Assembly: GCA_019828565.1 (NCBI GenBank)
Contig: JAHDYR010000017.1
Coordinates: forward strand, 124,001 to 188,000
Source of the DNA: Carpediemonas membranifera BICM
Taxonomy: Eukaryota > Protista > Fornicata
Reading direction: 5' to 3'
Length of the DNA: 64,000 bases
The position numbers and the translations under genes were made by a program. Below the pieces are notes generated by a model. The model ran no database searches and was not told the DNA's origin. It saw nothing but the letters and a program-made list of their open reading frames with translations. Shown one piece after another: positions 22,001 to 32,179 of the stretch (its first letter is position 1; each line of letters opens with the position of its first letter).

Positions 22001-22305
22001 CACACGTCCTGGCCGCTACGATCGTATCCAAGATTGGATCTGCCACCATTGATCCAGATCTCGACACCCCCGTCACCGTCCCGGCCAAGAAGAGCAAGGG
22101 TGTCGCCCCAGACGCCTCTCTCTTTATCCGCGGCGTGGCCGCCCTCATGGACTCCCTTTCATCTGATGCTCAGCGTGCTGTGCTTGATTTAGTCGAAGCT
22201 TTCTGCGAGCACTCAGAGATGGGCTGTGCGCCGGTCCCAGCGCTATGGTGGTGGCTGCGGGCCATGGGTCAGTGTGAGGTTGCTGACAGCATAATTGGGC
22301 TGTAG
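19087..22305 (+). CDS. WASHC5: strumpellin (WASH complex subunit 5)
   Basis: LVAHGATIIAEI, YG.ILLDF.YF, GPVRERMLVAY, MREITDKHFHDRWV, DFTYSW, VLQVVP, MKTTLVGIIK.DP. Confidence 0.92.
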   Translation: MSDNTSSQNAAQEHLCSLVAHGATIIAEITYLKDHIPRVFQLDTKALQKKYGRILLDFQYFEGDKSDYYESLIRSDQDLMELDEGLRQHLPVLDRFFKVFSAIWRYISSFNRTITQLEQGVFVQQTIQSVLADMDGRQLLVEGIHQYAVMLLLLDLYVPGPVRERMLVAYNRFKPTGVVRLGEVCDLVGRTEFIAAPGATTTAWPAKYPTKYFKRLPPSASLVSVLVGQCISDVVHDYSWAWPARANRGDMLNRQGSILTMLLLFCPEVLQEEAVTMREITDKHFHDRWVIDIHHGITVDLTTLWAPYKAAKAAVGMTINPGSVSSMATQRVGLMTKTHETLKNYLAHGVLQPDYVMDNWEMFMDVLRDANSVARWFIVHFNTDNKKFAEPLAQGTAVDVMLPFLLDLSQFEFILKTMYTGLLSGKVEKWAGLKDEGRALLDSLAQYYRGSDAMHGDRSDSLAQWFEGLSAKLDLNIEDAVSAGRKIAKMSAAVDDITQHHQVEGSLRVRQCLDEIKVCLGKMLRTINITDRSMALLTVLTDFTYSWHLIARFTPKIQNLIRSNPSFIVRMRSLFLKQTSLIDSATERLSASQSSSLEPVAAFYSDALLHHVQNVLQVVPVSMFRLLEDVVDIVSNELPDIDPKVAKADLTKFAELNARARLVKATQNVCVFSLGVLEMKTTLVGIIKADPRTVLDHGLRLELSASLLDVLGSISFPVKGVTPESFIAALSQASSKLAHVSQSLEYIHDYIDLCGPGMWLDSVRAVLATQTKHDSGTAPTGADLALPPGPTWIAKTVDALTSLCKAGRFIEHQMRVIAPTGKQVIGVSELYALSAVVGVPGLVSLDEHCVDRQTTALYSFTKALAAKTESTLGATQLAETMKAAPLWSAAWTSNPAFKGLVAAMLPVLEAVGELHIIRKLLGHQRAVLSATRGSILRDSIAVSDMDGLTGAMTVTTGDAMAAIDVTESIGLPHVLAATIVSKIGSATIDPDLDTPVTVPAKKSKGVAPDASLFIRGVAALMDSLSSDAQRAVLDLVEAFCEHSEMGCAPVPALWWWLRAMGQCEVADSIIGL

Positions 22306-22508
22306 GTAAAGTTTCTTATGGTTCTCGTGGTACTTGTTGTTGTCATCATGGAAGAAAGATCGTGTCTTATCAGCGAAAAAAACACCGGGTTGGGTCGAAC
22401 AGAAGAGAGGCTGAGCGAAGTGCTCGGATGGACAGTGATTGGACGTCACTCCGTTGCATTGTTCTTGATGAACATGCATTAACATGCTACCACTCACTCA
22501 TCAGTTAT

Positions 22509-23255
22509 TTACGTTGAGGTATTGTTCTGAGTGAGCGGGTAGTAGAGGCCGCAGTCCTCGACCTCGATGAACTCGGGGCACTGGGTGTCGGGGATGGGGC
22601 AGTCCTCGCAGGAGCCGGTGCAGATCACAAGGATGTCGCTGGTCTCAATCCAGGCGGGGCACTCGACGTTGAAGTTGTTGCAGCGGGAGCGGAGCTCGAA
22701 CATGTACTCGTAGCCGGAGAAGTCGAGGAGGTCGCCGGTGAGCAGGTTGCAGTCGAGGTGGATCTCCTTGACGAAGGTGAAGCTGGTGACGTAGCAGGCG
22801 GGGATCTCGCCCTCGAAGAGGTTGTGGCCGAGGTAGATGTACTGGAGGTACTCGTCGTTGCAGAGGGCGACGGGGAGGGGACCAGACAGGCGGTTGTTGT
22901 CGAGGTTGAGGTACTTGAGGTTGGTCAGGAAGCCGATGGCGTCGGGGACGGGGCCGGAGATCTCGTTCTCGTTGAGCTGGAGGCTCTTGAGGTAGGGGAA
23001 GCAGCCGATGTCGCTGGTGAGCTCGCCGGTGAGGTTGTTGGCCGGGAGTCTGATGTCGGTGACGTAGCCGTCGAGGTTGCAGCCGATGCCATACCAGGTG
23101 CAGACGTCACCAGTGTTCCAGCCGGAGTTGTCGGTCCAGAAATCGCCACCGAGGGCAGTGTACAGGTTCATGAGGGCCTCCTGCTCCGAGATAACGCATT
23201 GAGCGAACACGGTGGCGATCAGGCCAAGGACTACGAGAGAAGTGCCGAACTTCAT
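22509..23255 (-). CDS. cyst wall protein (Giardia CWP-like LRR + Cys-rich), copy 1
   Basis: Signal peptide, LRRNT (L..LY....G..W....W....CTW.GI.C), IGCFPYLKSL, KEIHLDCNLLTG, Cys-rich tail DCGLYY; C-terminus LTQNNTST. Confidence 0.88.
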   Translation of the reverse strand: MKFGTSLVVLGLIATVFAQCVISEQEALMNLYTALGGDFWTDNSGWNTGDVCTWYGIGCNLDGYVTDIRLPANNLTGELTSDIGCFPYLKSLQLNENEISGPVPDAIGFLTNLKYLNLDNNRLSGPLPVALCNDEYLQYIYLGHNLFEGEIPACYVTSFTFVKEIHLDCNLLTGDLLDFSGYEYMFELRSRCNNFNVECPAWIETSDILVICTGSCEDCPIPDTQCPEFIEVEDCGLYYPLTQNNTST

Positions 23256-23266
23256 TGTTGTGTGAG

Positions 23267-23272
23267 CTGTAG
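23267..23272 (-). promoter_or_regulatory. CTACAG Myb-type site 12-17 nt upstream of the CWP ATG (present in every unit)
   Basis: Minus strand gcCTACAGctcacacaacaATG; matches the C(T/A)ACAG site bound by Giardia Myb2 in cwp promoters. Confidence 0.5.
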
Positions 23273-23461
23273 GCTTATCGTGTCATCGCGCGCTGACACG
23301 TTACAGTTCTCAGAAATGATTGGACCCGCCGATCAGATTCCGGGGCACCGTGCTGCCCCCACGCGCCCACGGATGCCGTCCCGGCGCCTTTCTCAGCCGC
23401 AAGGTAAACAGCTTCAGTCAACCCGCGATGCATCATTCAGTCACTCAATCATTTACCAAGC

Positions 23462-24202
23462 TTAGGCGGGGACAGCCTCAATAGGGTAGTAGAGGCCGCA
23501 GTCCTCGACCTCGATGAACTCGGGGCACTGGGTGTCGGGGATGGGGCAGTCCTCGCAGGAGCCGGTGCAGATCACAAGGATGTCGCTGGTCTCAATCCAG
23601 GCGGGGCACTCGACGTTGAAGTTGTTGCAGCGGGAGCGGAGCTCGAACATGTACTCGTAGCCGGAGAAGTCGAGGAGGTCGCCGGTGAGCAGGTTGCAGT
23701 CGAGGTGGATCTCCTTGACAAAGGTGAAGCTGGTGACGTAGCAGGCGGGGATCTCGCCCTCGAAGAGGTTGTGGCCGAGGTAGATGTACTGGAGGTACTC
23801 GTCGTTGCAGAGGGCGACGGGGAGGGGACCAGACAGGCGGTTGTTGTCGAGGTTGAGGTACTTGAGGTTGGTCAGGAAGCCGATAGCGTCGGGGACGGGG
23901 CCGGAGATCTCGTTCTCGTTGAGCTGGAGGCTCTTGAGGTAGGGGAAGCAGCCGATGTCGCTGGTGAGCTCGCCGGTGAGGTTGTTGGCCGGGAGTCTGA
24001 TGTCGGTGACGTAGCCGTCGAGGTTGCAGCCGATGCCATACCAGGTGCAGACGTCACCAGTGTTCCAGCCGGAGTTGTCGGTCCAGAAATCGCCACCGAG
24101 GGCAGTGTACAGGTTCATGAGGGCCTCCTGCTCCGAGATAACGCATTGAGCGAACACGGTGGCGATCAGGCCAAGGACTACGAGAGAAGTGCCGAACTTC
24201 AT
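23462..24202 (-). CDS. cyst wall protein copy 2
   Basis: As copy 1; C-terminus IEAVPA. Confidence 0.88.
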   Translation of the reverse strand: MKFGTSLVVLGLIATVFAQCVISEQEALMNLYTALGGDFWTDNSGWNTGDVCTWYGIGCNLDGYVTDIRLPANNLTGELTSDIGCFPYLKSLQLNENEISGPVPDAIGFLTNLKYLNLDNNRLSGPLPVALCNDEYLQYIYLGHNLFEGEIPACYVTSFTFVKEIHLDCNLLTGDLLDFSGYEYMFELRSRCNNFNVECPAWIETSDILVICTGSCEDCPIPDTQCPEFIEVEDCGLYYPIEAVPA

Positions 24203-24409
24203 TGTTGTGTGAGCTGTAGGCTTATCGTGTCATCGCGCGCTGACACGTTACAGTTCTCAGAAATGATTGGACCCGCCGATCAGATTCCGGGGCACCGTGC
24301 TGCCCCCCACGCGCCCACGGATGCCGTCCCGGCGCCTTTCTCAGCCCCAAGGTAAACAGCTTCAGTCAACCCGCGATGCATCATTCAGTCACTCAATCAT
24401 TTACCAAGC

Positions 24410-25150
24410 TTAGGCGGGGACAGCCTCAATAGGGTAGTAGAGGCCGCAGTCCTCGACCTCGATGAACTCGGGGCACTGGGTGTCGGGGATGGGGCAGTCC
24501 TCGCAGGAGCCGGTGCAGATCACAAGGATGTCGCTGGTCTCAATCCAGGCGGGGCACTCGACGTTGAAGTTGTTGCAGCGGGAGCGGAGCTCGAACATGT
24601 ACTCGTAGCCGGAGAAGTCGAGGAGGTCGCCGGTGAGCAGGTTGCAGTCGAGGTGGATCTCCTTGACAAAGGTGAAGCTGGTGACGTAGCAGGCGGGGAT
24701 CTCGCCCTCGAAGAGGTTGTGGCCGAGGTAGATGTACTGGAGGTACTCGTCGTTGCAGAGGGCGACGGGGAGGGGACCAGACAGGCGGTTGTTGTCGAGG
24801 TTGAGGTACTTGAGGTTGGTCAGGAAGCCGATGGCGTCGGGGACGGGGCCGGAGATCTCGTTCTCGTTGAGCTGGAGGCTCTTGAGGTAGGGGAAGCAGC
24901 CGATGTCGCTGGTGAGCTCGCCGGTGAGGTTGTTGGCCGGGAGTCTGATGTCGGTGACGTAGCCGTCGAGGTTGCAGCCGATGCCATACCAGGTGCAGAC
25001 GTCACCAGTGTTCCAGCCGGAGTTGTCGGTCCAGAAATCGCCACCGAGGGCAGTGTACAGGTTCATGAGGGCCTCCTGCTCCGAGATAACGCATTGAGCG
25101 AACACGGTGGCGATCAGGCCAAGGACTACGAGAGAAGTGCCGAACTTCAT
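24410..25150 (-). CDS. cyst wall protein copy 3
   Basis: As copy 2. Confidence 0.88.
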   Translation of the reverse strand: MKFGTSLVVLGLIATVFAQCVISEQEALMNLYTALGGDFWTDNSGWNTGDVCTWYGIGCNLDGYVTDIRLPANNLTGELTSDIGCFPYLKSLQLNENEISGPVPDAIGFLTNLKYLNLDNNRLSGPLPVALCNDEYLQYIYLGHNLFEGEIPACYVTSFTFVKEIHLDCNLLTGDLLDFSGYEYMFELRSRCNNFNVECPAWIETSDILVICTGSCEDCPIPDTQCPEFIEVEDCGLYYPIEAVPA

Positions 25151-25356
25151 TGTTGTGTGAGCTGTAGGCTTATCGTGTCATCGCGCGCTGACACGTTACA
25201 GTTCTCAGAAATGATTGGACCCGCCGATCAGATTCCGGGGCACCGTGCTGCCCCCACGCGCCCACGGATGCCGTCCCGGCGCCTTTCTCAGCCGCAAGGT
25301 AAACAGCTTCAGTCAACCCGCGATGCATCATTCAGTCACTCAATCATTTACCAAGC

Positions 25357-26097
25357 TTAGGCGGGGACAGCCTCAATAGGGTAGTAGAGGCCGCAGTCCT
25401 CGACCTCGATGAACTCGGGGCACTGGGTGTCGGGGATGGGGCAGTCCTCGCAGGAGCCGGTGCAGATCACAAGGATGTCGCTGGTCTCAATCCAGGCGGG
25501 GCACTCGACGTTGAAGTTGTTGCAGCGGGAGCGGAGCTCGAACATGTACTCGTAGCCGGAGAAGTCGAGGAGGTCGCCGGTGAGCAGGTTGCAGTCGAGG
25601 TGGATCTCCTTGACGAAGGTGAAGCTGGTGACGTAGCAGGCGGGGATCTCGCCCTCGAAGAGGTTGTGGCCGAGGTAGATGTACTGGAGGTACTCGTCGT
25701 TGCAGAGGGCGACGGGGAGGGGACCAGACAGGCGGTTGTTGTCGAGGTTGAGGTACTTGAGGTTGGTCAGGAAGCCGATGGCGTCGGGGACGGGGCCGGA
25801 GATCTCGTTCTCGTTGAGCTGGAGGCTCTTGAGGTAGGGGAAGCAGCCGATGTCGCTGGTGAGCTCGCCGGTGAGGTTGTTGGCCGGGAGTCTGATGTCG
25901 GTGACGTAGCCGTCGAGGTTGCAGCCGATGCCATACCAGGTGCAGACGTCACCAGTGTTCCAGCCGGAGTTGTCGGTCCAGAAATCGCCACCGAGGGCAG
26001 TGTACAGGTTCATGAGGGCCTCCTGCTCCGAGATAACGCATTGAGCGAACACGGTGGCGATCAGGCCAAGGACTACGAGAGAAGTGCCGAACTTCAT
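25357..26097 (-). CDS. cyst wall protein copy 4
   Basis: As copy 2. Confidence 0.88.
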   Translation of the reverse strand: MKFGTSLVVLGLIATVFAQCVISEQEALMNLYTALGGDFWTDNSGWNTGDVCTWYGIGCNLDGYVTDIRLPANNLTGELTSDIGCFPYLKSLQLNENEISGPVPDAIGFLTNLKYLNLDNNRLSGPLPVALCNDEYLQYIYLGHNLFEGEIPACYVTSFTFVKEIHLDCNLLTGDLLDFSGYEYMFELRSRCNNFNVECPAWIETSDILVICTGSCEDCPIPDTQCPEFIEVEDCGLYYPIEAVPA

Positions 26098-26304
26098 TGT
26101 TGTGTGAGCTGTAGGCTTATCGTGTCATCGCGCGCTGACACGTTACAGTTCTCAGAAATGATTGGACCCGCCGATCAGATTCCGGGGCACCGTGCTGCCC
26201 CCCACGCGCCCACGGATGCCGTCCCGGCGCCTTTCTCAGCCGCAAGGTAAACAGCTTCAGTCAACCCGCGATGCATCATTCAGTCACTCAATCATTTACC
26301 AAGC

Positions 26305-27049
26305 TTAGTTGACGGGGACAGCCTCAAGAGGGTAGTAGAGGCCGCAGTCCTCGACCTCGATGAACTCGGGGCACTGGGTGTCGGGGATGGGGCAGTCCTC
26401 GCAGGAGCCGGTGCAGATCACAAGGATGTCGCTGGTCTCAATCCAGGCGGGGCACTCGACGTTGAAGTTGTTGCAGCGGGAGCGGAGCTCGAACATGTAC
26501 TCGTAGCCGGAGAAGTCGAGGAGGTCGCCGGTGAGCAGGTTGCAGTCGAGGTGGATCTCCTTGACGAAGGTGAAGCTGGTGACGTAGCAGGCGGGGATCT
26601 CGCCCTCGAAGAGGTTGTGGCCGAGGTAGATGTACTGGAGGTACTCGTCGTTGCAGAGGGCGACGGGGAGGGGACCAGACAGGCGGTTGTTGTCGAGGTT
26701 GAGGTACTTGAGGTTGGTCAGGAAGCCGATGGCGTCGGGGACGGGGCCGGAGATCTCGTTCTCGTTGAGCTGGAGGCTCTTGAGGTAGGGGAAGCAGCCG
26801 ATGTCGCTGGTGAGCTCGCCGGTGAGGTTGTTGGCCGGGGAGTCTGATGTCGGTGACGTAGCCGTCGAGGTTGCAGCCGATGCCATACCAGGTGCAGACG
26901 TCACCAGTGTTCCAGCCGGAGTTGTCGGTCCAGAAATCGCCACCGAGGGCAGTGTACAGGTTCATGAGGGCCTCCTGCTCCGAGATAACGCATTGAGCGA
27001 ACACGGTGGCGATCAGGCCAAGGACTACGAGAGAAGTGCCGAACTTCAT
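26305..27049 (-). CDS. cyst wall protein copy 5 (+1 G at 26837-26840, probable sequencing error)
   Basis: Homopolymer frameshift; C-terminus LEAVPVN. Confidence 0.8.
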
Positions 27050-27255
27050 TGTTGTGTGAGCTGTAGGCTTATCGTGTCATCGCGCGCTGACACGTTACAG
27101 TTCTCAGAAATGATTGGACCCGCCGATCAGATTCCGGGGCACCGTGCTGCCCCCACGCGCCCACGGATGCCGTCCCGGCGCCTTTCTCAGCCGCAAGGTA
27201 AACAGCTTCAGTCAACCCGCGATGCATCATTCAGTCACTCAATCATTTACCAAGC

Positions 27256-27996
27256 TTAGTTGGGGACAGCCTCAATAGGGTAGTAGAGGCCGCAGTCCTC
27301 GACCTCGATGAACTCGGGGCACTGGGTGTCGGGGATGGGGCAGTCCTCGCAGGAGCCGGTGCAGATCACAAGGATGTCGCTGGTCTCAATCCAGGCGGGG
27401 CACTCGACGTTGAAGTTGTTGCAGCGGGAGCGGAGCTCGAACATGTACTCGTAGCCGGAGAAGTCGAGGAGGTCGCCGGTGAGCAGGTTGCAGTCGAGGT
27501 GGATCTCCTTGACGAAGGTGAAGCTGGTGACGTAGCAGGCGGGGATCTCGCCCTCGAAGAGGTTGTGGCCGAGGTAGATGTACTGGAGGTACTCGTCGTT
27601 GCAGAGGGCGACGGGGAGGGGACCAGACAGGCGGTTGTTGTCGAGGTTGAGGTACTTGAGGTTGGTCAGGAAGCCGATGGCGTCGGGGACGGGGCCGGAG
27701 ATCTCGTTCTCGTTGAGCTGGAGGCTCTTGAGGTAGGGGAAGCAGCCGATGTCGCTGGTGAGCTCGCCGGTGAGGTTGTTGGCCGGGAGTCTGATGTCGG
27801 TGACGTAGCCGTCGAGGTTGCAGCCGATGCCATACCAGGTGCAGACGTCACCAGTGTTCCAGCCGGAGTTGTCGGTCCAGAAATCGCCACCGAGGGCAGT
27901 GTACAGGTTCATGAGGGCCTCCTGCTCCGAGATAACGCATTGAGCGAACACGGTGGCGATCAGGCCAAGGACTACGAGAGAAGTGCCGAACTTCAT
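27256..27996 (-). CDS. cyst wall protein copy 6
   Basis: C-terminus IEAVPN. Confidence 0.88.
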   Translation of the reverse strand: MKFGTSLVVLGLIATVFAQCVISEQEALMNLYTALGGDFWTDNSGWNTGDVCTWYGIGCNLDGYVTDIRLPANNLTGELTSDIGCFPYLKSLQLNENEISGPVPDAIGFLTNLKYLNLDNNRLSGPLPVALCNDEYLQYIYLGHNLFEGEIPACYVTSFTFVKEIHLDCNLLTGDLLDFSGYEYMFELRSRCNNFNVECPAWIETSDILVICTGSCEDCPIPDTQCPEFIEVEDCGLYYPIEAVPN

Positions 27997-28203
27997 TGTT
28001 GTGTGAGCTGTAGGCTTTATCGTGTCATCGCGCGCTGACACGTTACAGTTCTCAGAAATGATTGGACCCGCCGATCAGATTCCGGGGCACCGTGCTGCCC
28101 CCACGCGCCCACGGATGCCGTCCCGGCGCCTTTCTCAGCCGCAAGGTAAACAGCTTCAGTCAACCCGCGATGCATCATTCAGTCACTCAATCATTTACCA
28201 AGC

Positions 28204-28945
28204 TTAGGCGGGGACAGCCTCAATAGGGTAGTAGAGGCCGCAGTCCTCGACCTCGATGAACTCGGGGCACTGGGTGTCGGGGATGGGGCAGTCCTCGCAG
28301 GAGCCGGTGCAGATCACAAGGATGTCGCTGGTCTCAATCCAGGCGGGGCACTCGACGTTGAAGTTGTTGCAGCGGGAGCGGAGCTCGAACATGTACTCGT
28401 AGCCGGAGAAGTCGAGGAGGTCGCCGGTGAGCAGGTTGCAGTCGAGGTGGATCTCCTTGACAAAGGTGAAGCTGGTGACGTAGCAGGCGGGGATCTCGCC
28501 CCTCGAAGAGGTTGTGGCCGAGGTAGATGTACTGGAGGTACTCGTCGTTGCAGAGGGCGACGGGGAGGGGACCAGACAGGCGGTTGTTGTCGAGGTTGAG
28601 GTACTTGAGGTTGGTCAGGAAGCCGATGGCGTCGGGGACGGGGCCGGAGATCTCGTTCTCGTTGAGCTGGAGGCTCTTGAGGTAGGGGAAGCAGCCGATG
28701 TCGCTGGTGAGCTCGCCGGTGAGGTTGTTGGCCGGGAGTCTGATGTCGGTGACGTAGCCGTCGAGGTTGCAGCCGATGCCATACCAGGTGCAGACGTCAC
28801 CAGTGTTCCAGCCGGAGTTGTCGGTCCAGAAATCGCCACCGAGGGCAGTGTACAGGTTCATGAGGGCCTCCTGCTCCGAGATAACGCATTGAGCGAACAC
28901 GGTGGCGATCAGGCCAAGGACTACGAGAGAAGTGCCGAACTTCAT
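28204..28945 (-). CDS. cyst wall protein copy 7 (+1 C at 28499-28502, probable error)
   Basis: Homopolymer frameshift. Confidence 0.8.
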
Positions 28946-29152
28946 TGTTGTGTGAGCTGTAGGCTTATCGTGTCATCGCGCGCTGACACGTTACAGTTCT
29001 CAGAAATGATTGGACCCGCCGATCAGATTCCGGGGCACCGTGCTGCCCCCCACGCGCCCACGGATGCCGTCCCGGCGCCTTTCTCAGCCGCAAGGTAAAC
29101 AGCTTCAGTCAACCCGCGATGCATCATTCAGTCACTCAATCATTTACCAAGC

Positions 29153-29887
29153 TTAGGGGATTTCAATAGGGTAGTAGAGGCCGCAGTCCTCGACCTCGAT
29201 GAACTCGGGGCACTGGGTGTCGGGGATGGGGCAGTCCTCGCAGGAGCCGGTGCAGATCACAAGGATGTCGCTGGTCTCAATCCAGGCGGGGCACTCGACG
29301 TTGAAGTTGTTGCAGCGGGAGCGGAGCTCGAACATGTACTCGTAGCCGGAGAAGTCGAGGAGGTCGCCGGTGAGCAGGTTGCAGTCGAGGTGGATCTCCT
29401 TGACAAAGGTGAAGCTGGTGACGTAGCAGGCGGGGATCTCGCCCTCGAAGAGGTTGTGGCCGAGGTAGATGTACTGGAGGTACTCGTCGTTGCAGAGGGC
29501 GACGGGGAGGGGACCAGACAGGCGGTTGTTGTCGAGGTTGAGGTACTTGAGGTTGGTCAGGAAGCCGATGGCGTCGGGGACGGGGCCGGAGATCTCGTTC
29601 TCGTTGAGCTGGAGGCTCTTGAGGTAGGGGAAGCAGCCGATGTCGCTGGTGAGCTCGCCGGTGAGGTTGTTGGCCGGGAGTCTGATGTCGGTGACGTAGC
29701 CGTCGAGGTTGCAGCCGATGCCATACCAGGTGCAGACGTCACCAGTGTTCCAGCCGGAGTTGTCGGTCCAGAAATCGCCACCGAGGGCAGTGTACAGGTT
29801 CATGAGGGCCTCCTGCTCCGAGATAACGCATTGAGCGAACACGGTGGCGATCAGGCCAAGGACTACGAGAGAAGTGCCGAACTTCAT
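29153..29887 (-). CDS. cyst wall protein copy 8
   Basis: C-terminus IEIP. Confidence 0.88.
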   Translation of the reverse strand: MKFGTSLVVLGLIATVFAQCVISEQEALMNLYTALGGDFWTDNSGWNTGDVCTWYGIGCNLDGYVTDIRLPANNLTGELTSDIGCFPYLKSLQLNENEISGPVPDAIGFLTNLKYLNLDNNRLSGPLPVALCNDEYLQYIYLGHNLFEGEIPACYVTSFTFVKEIHLDCNLLTGDLLDFSGYEYMFELRSRCNNFNVECPAWIETSDILVICTGSCEDCPIPDTQCPEFIEVEDCGLYYPIEIP

Positions 29888-30094
29888 TGTTGTGTGAGCT
29901 GTAGGCTTATCGTGTCATCGCGCGCTGACATGTTACAGTTCTCAGGAATGATTGGACCCGCCGATCAGATTCCGGGGCACCGTGCTGCCCCCCACGCGCC
30001 CACGGATGCCGTCCCGGCGCCTTTCTCAGCCGCAAGGTAAACAGCTTCAGTCAACCCGCGATGCATCATTCAGTCACTCAATCATTTACCAAGC

Positions 30095-30836
30095 TTAGGC
30101 GGGGACAGCCTCAATAGGGTAGTAGAGGCCGCAGTCCTCGACCTCGATGAACTCGGGGCACTGGGTGTCGGGGATGGGGCAGTCCTCGCAGGAGCCGGTG
30201 CAGATCACAAGGATGTCGCTGGTCTCAATCCAGGCGGGGCACTCGACGTTGAAGTTGTTGCAGCGGGAGCGGAGCTCGAACATGTACTCGTAGCCGGAGA
30301 AGTCGAGGAGGTCGCCGGTGAGCAGGTTGCAGTCGAGGTGGATCTCCTTGACGAAGGTGAAGCTGGTGACGTAGCAGGCGGGGATCTCGCCCTCGAAGAG
30401 GTTGTGGCCGAGGTAGATGTACTGGAGGTACTCGTCGTTGCAGAGGGCGACGGGGAGGGGACCAGACAGGCGGTTGTTGTCGAGGTTGAGGTACTTGAGG
30501 TTGGTCAGGAAGCCGATAGCGTCGGGGACGGGGCCGGAGATCTCGTTCTCGTTGAGCTGGAGGCTCTTGAGGTAGGGGGAAGCAGCCGATGTCGCTGGTG
30601 AGCTCGCCGGTGAGGTTGTTGGCCGGGAGTCTGATGTCGGTGACGTAGCCGTCGAGGTTGCAGCCGATGCCATACCAGGTGCAGACGTCACCAGTGTTCC
30701 AGCCGGAGTTGTCGGTCCAGAAATCGCCACCGAGGGCAGTGTACAGGTTCATGAGGGCCTCCTGCTCCGAGATAACGCATTGAGCGAACACGGTGGCGAT
30801 CAGGCCAAGGACTACGAGAGAAGTGCCGAACTTCAT
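30095..30836 (-). CDS. cyst wall protein copy 9 (+1 G at 30575-30579, probable error)
   Basis: Homopolymer frameshift. Confidence 0.8.
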
Positions 30837-31044
30837 TGTTGTGTGAGCTGTAGGCTTTATCGTGTCATCGCGCGCTGACACGTTACAGTTCTCAGAAATG
30901 ATTGGACCCGCCGATCAGATTCCGGGGCACCGTGCTGCCCCCCACGCGCCCACGGATGCCGTCCCGGCGCCTTTCTCAGCCGCAAGGTAAACAGCTTCAG
31001 TCAACCCGCGATGCATCATTCAGTCACTCAATCATTTACCAAGC

Positions 31045-31785
31045 TTAGGCGGGGACAGCCTCAATAGGGTAGTAGAGGCCGCAGTCCTCGACCTCGATGA
31101 ACTCGGGGCACTGGGTGTCGGGGATGGGGCAGTCCTCGCAGGAGCCGGTGCAGATCACAAGGATGTCGCTGGTCTCAATCCAGGCGGGGCACTCGACGTT
31201 GAAGTTGTTGCAGCGGGAGCGGAGCTCGAACATGTACTCGTAGCCGGAGAAGTCGAGGAGGTCGCCGGTGAGCAGGTTGCAGTCGAGGTGGATCTCCTTG
31301 ACAAAGGTGAAGCTGGTGACGTAGCAGGCGGGGATCTCGCCCTCGAAGAGGTTGTGGCCGAGGTAGATGTACTGGAGGTACTCGTCGTTGCAGAGGGCGA
31401 CGGGGAGGGGACCAGACAGGCGGTTGTTGTCGAGGTTGAGGTACTTGAGGTTGGTCAGGAAGCCGATGGCGTCGGGGACGGGGCCGGAGATCTCGTTCTC
31501 GTTGAGCTGGAGGCTCTTGAGGTAGGGGAAGCAGCCGATGTCGCTGGTGAGCTCGCCGGTGAGGTTGTTGGCCGGGAGTCTGATGTCGGTGACGTAGCCG
31601 TCGAGGTTGCAGCCGATGCCATACCAGGTGCAGACGTCACCAGTGTTCCAGCCGGAGTTGTCGGTCCAGAAATCGCCACCGAGGGCAGTGTACAGGTTCA
31701 TGAGGGCCTCCTGCTCCGAGATAACGCATTGAGCGAACACGGTGGCGATCAGGCCAAGGACTACGAGAGAAGTGCCGAACTTCAT
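31045..31785 (-). CDS. cyst wall protein copy 10
   Basis: As copy 2. Confidence 0.88.
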   Translation of the reverse strand: MKFGTSLVVLGLIATVFAQCVISEQEALMNLYTALGGDFWTDNSGWNTGDVCTWYGIGCNLDGYVTDIRLPANNLTGELTSDIGCFPYLKSLQLNENEISGPVPDAIGFLTNLKYLNLDNNRLSGPLPVALCNDEYLQYIYLGHNLFEGEIPACYVTSFTFVKEIHLDCNLLTGDLLDFSGYEYMFELRSRCNNFNVECPAWIETSDILVICTGSCEDCPIPDTQCPEFIEVEDCGLYYPIEAVPA

Positions 31786-31992
31786 TGTTGTGTGAGCTGT
31801 AGGCTTATCGTGTCATCGCGCGCTGACACGTTACAGTTCTCAGAAATGATTGGACCCGCCGATCAGATTCCGGGGCACCGTGCTGCCCCCCACGCGCCCA
31901 CGGATGCCGTCCCGGCGCCTTTCTCAGCCACAAGGTAAACAGCTTCAGTCAACCCGCGATGCATCATTCAGTCACTCAATCATTTACCAAGC

Positions 31993-32114
31993 TTAGGCGG
32001 GGACAGCCTCAATAGGGTAGTAGAGGCCGCAGTCCTCGACCTCGATGAACTCGGGGCACTGGGTGTCGGGGATGGGGCAGTCCTCGCAGGAGCTGGTGCA
32101 GATCACTAGGATGT
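31993..32114 (-). pseudogene. 3' fragment of cyst wall protein (array edge)
   Basis: Last ~40 codons only, with two substitutions; similarity stops at 32114. Confidence 0.85.
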
Positions 32115-32179
32115 ATCGAGAAGCAAAGCTGTGAAAAGCAACGGGACAACAAGACCCATAAATGACCACCTTTATGAAA

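Larger units (their letters stand above)
22509..32114 (-). repeat. tandem array of cyst wall protein genes, ~948-bp unit, 10 complete copies plus 1 partial
   Basis: Near-identical CDS plus ~207-bp spacer repeated head-to-tail. Confidence 0.97.

Noticed and set aside
26837-30579. Frameshifts in CWP copies 5, 7 and 9 (and in the second ABCA) as phase variation or pseudogenes
   Set aside because: All are single-base changes in short G/C homopolymers within near-identical repeats, typical of unpolished long-read errors.
22509-32114. CRISPR-like array linked to Fanzor
   Set aside because: Units are whole genes with invariant spacers; there is no short-repeat/unique-spacer structure.
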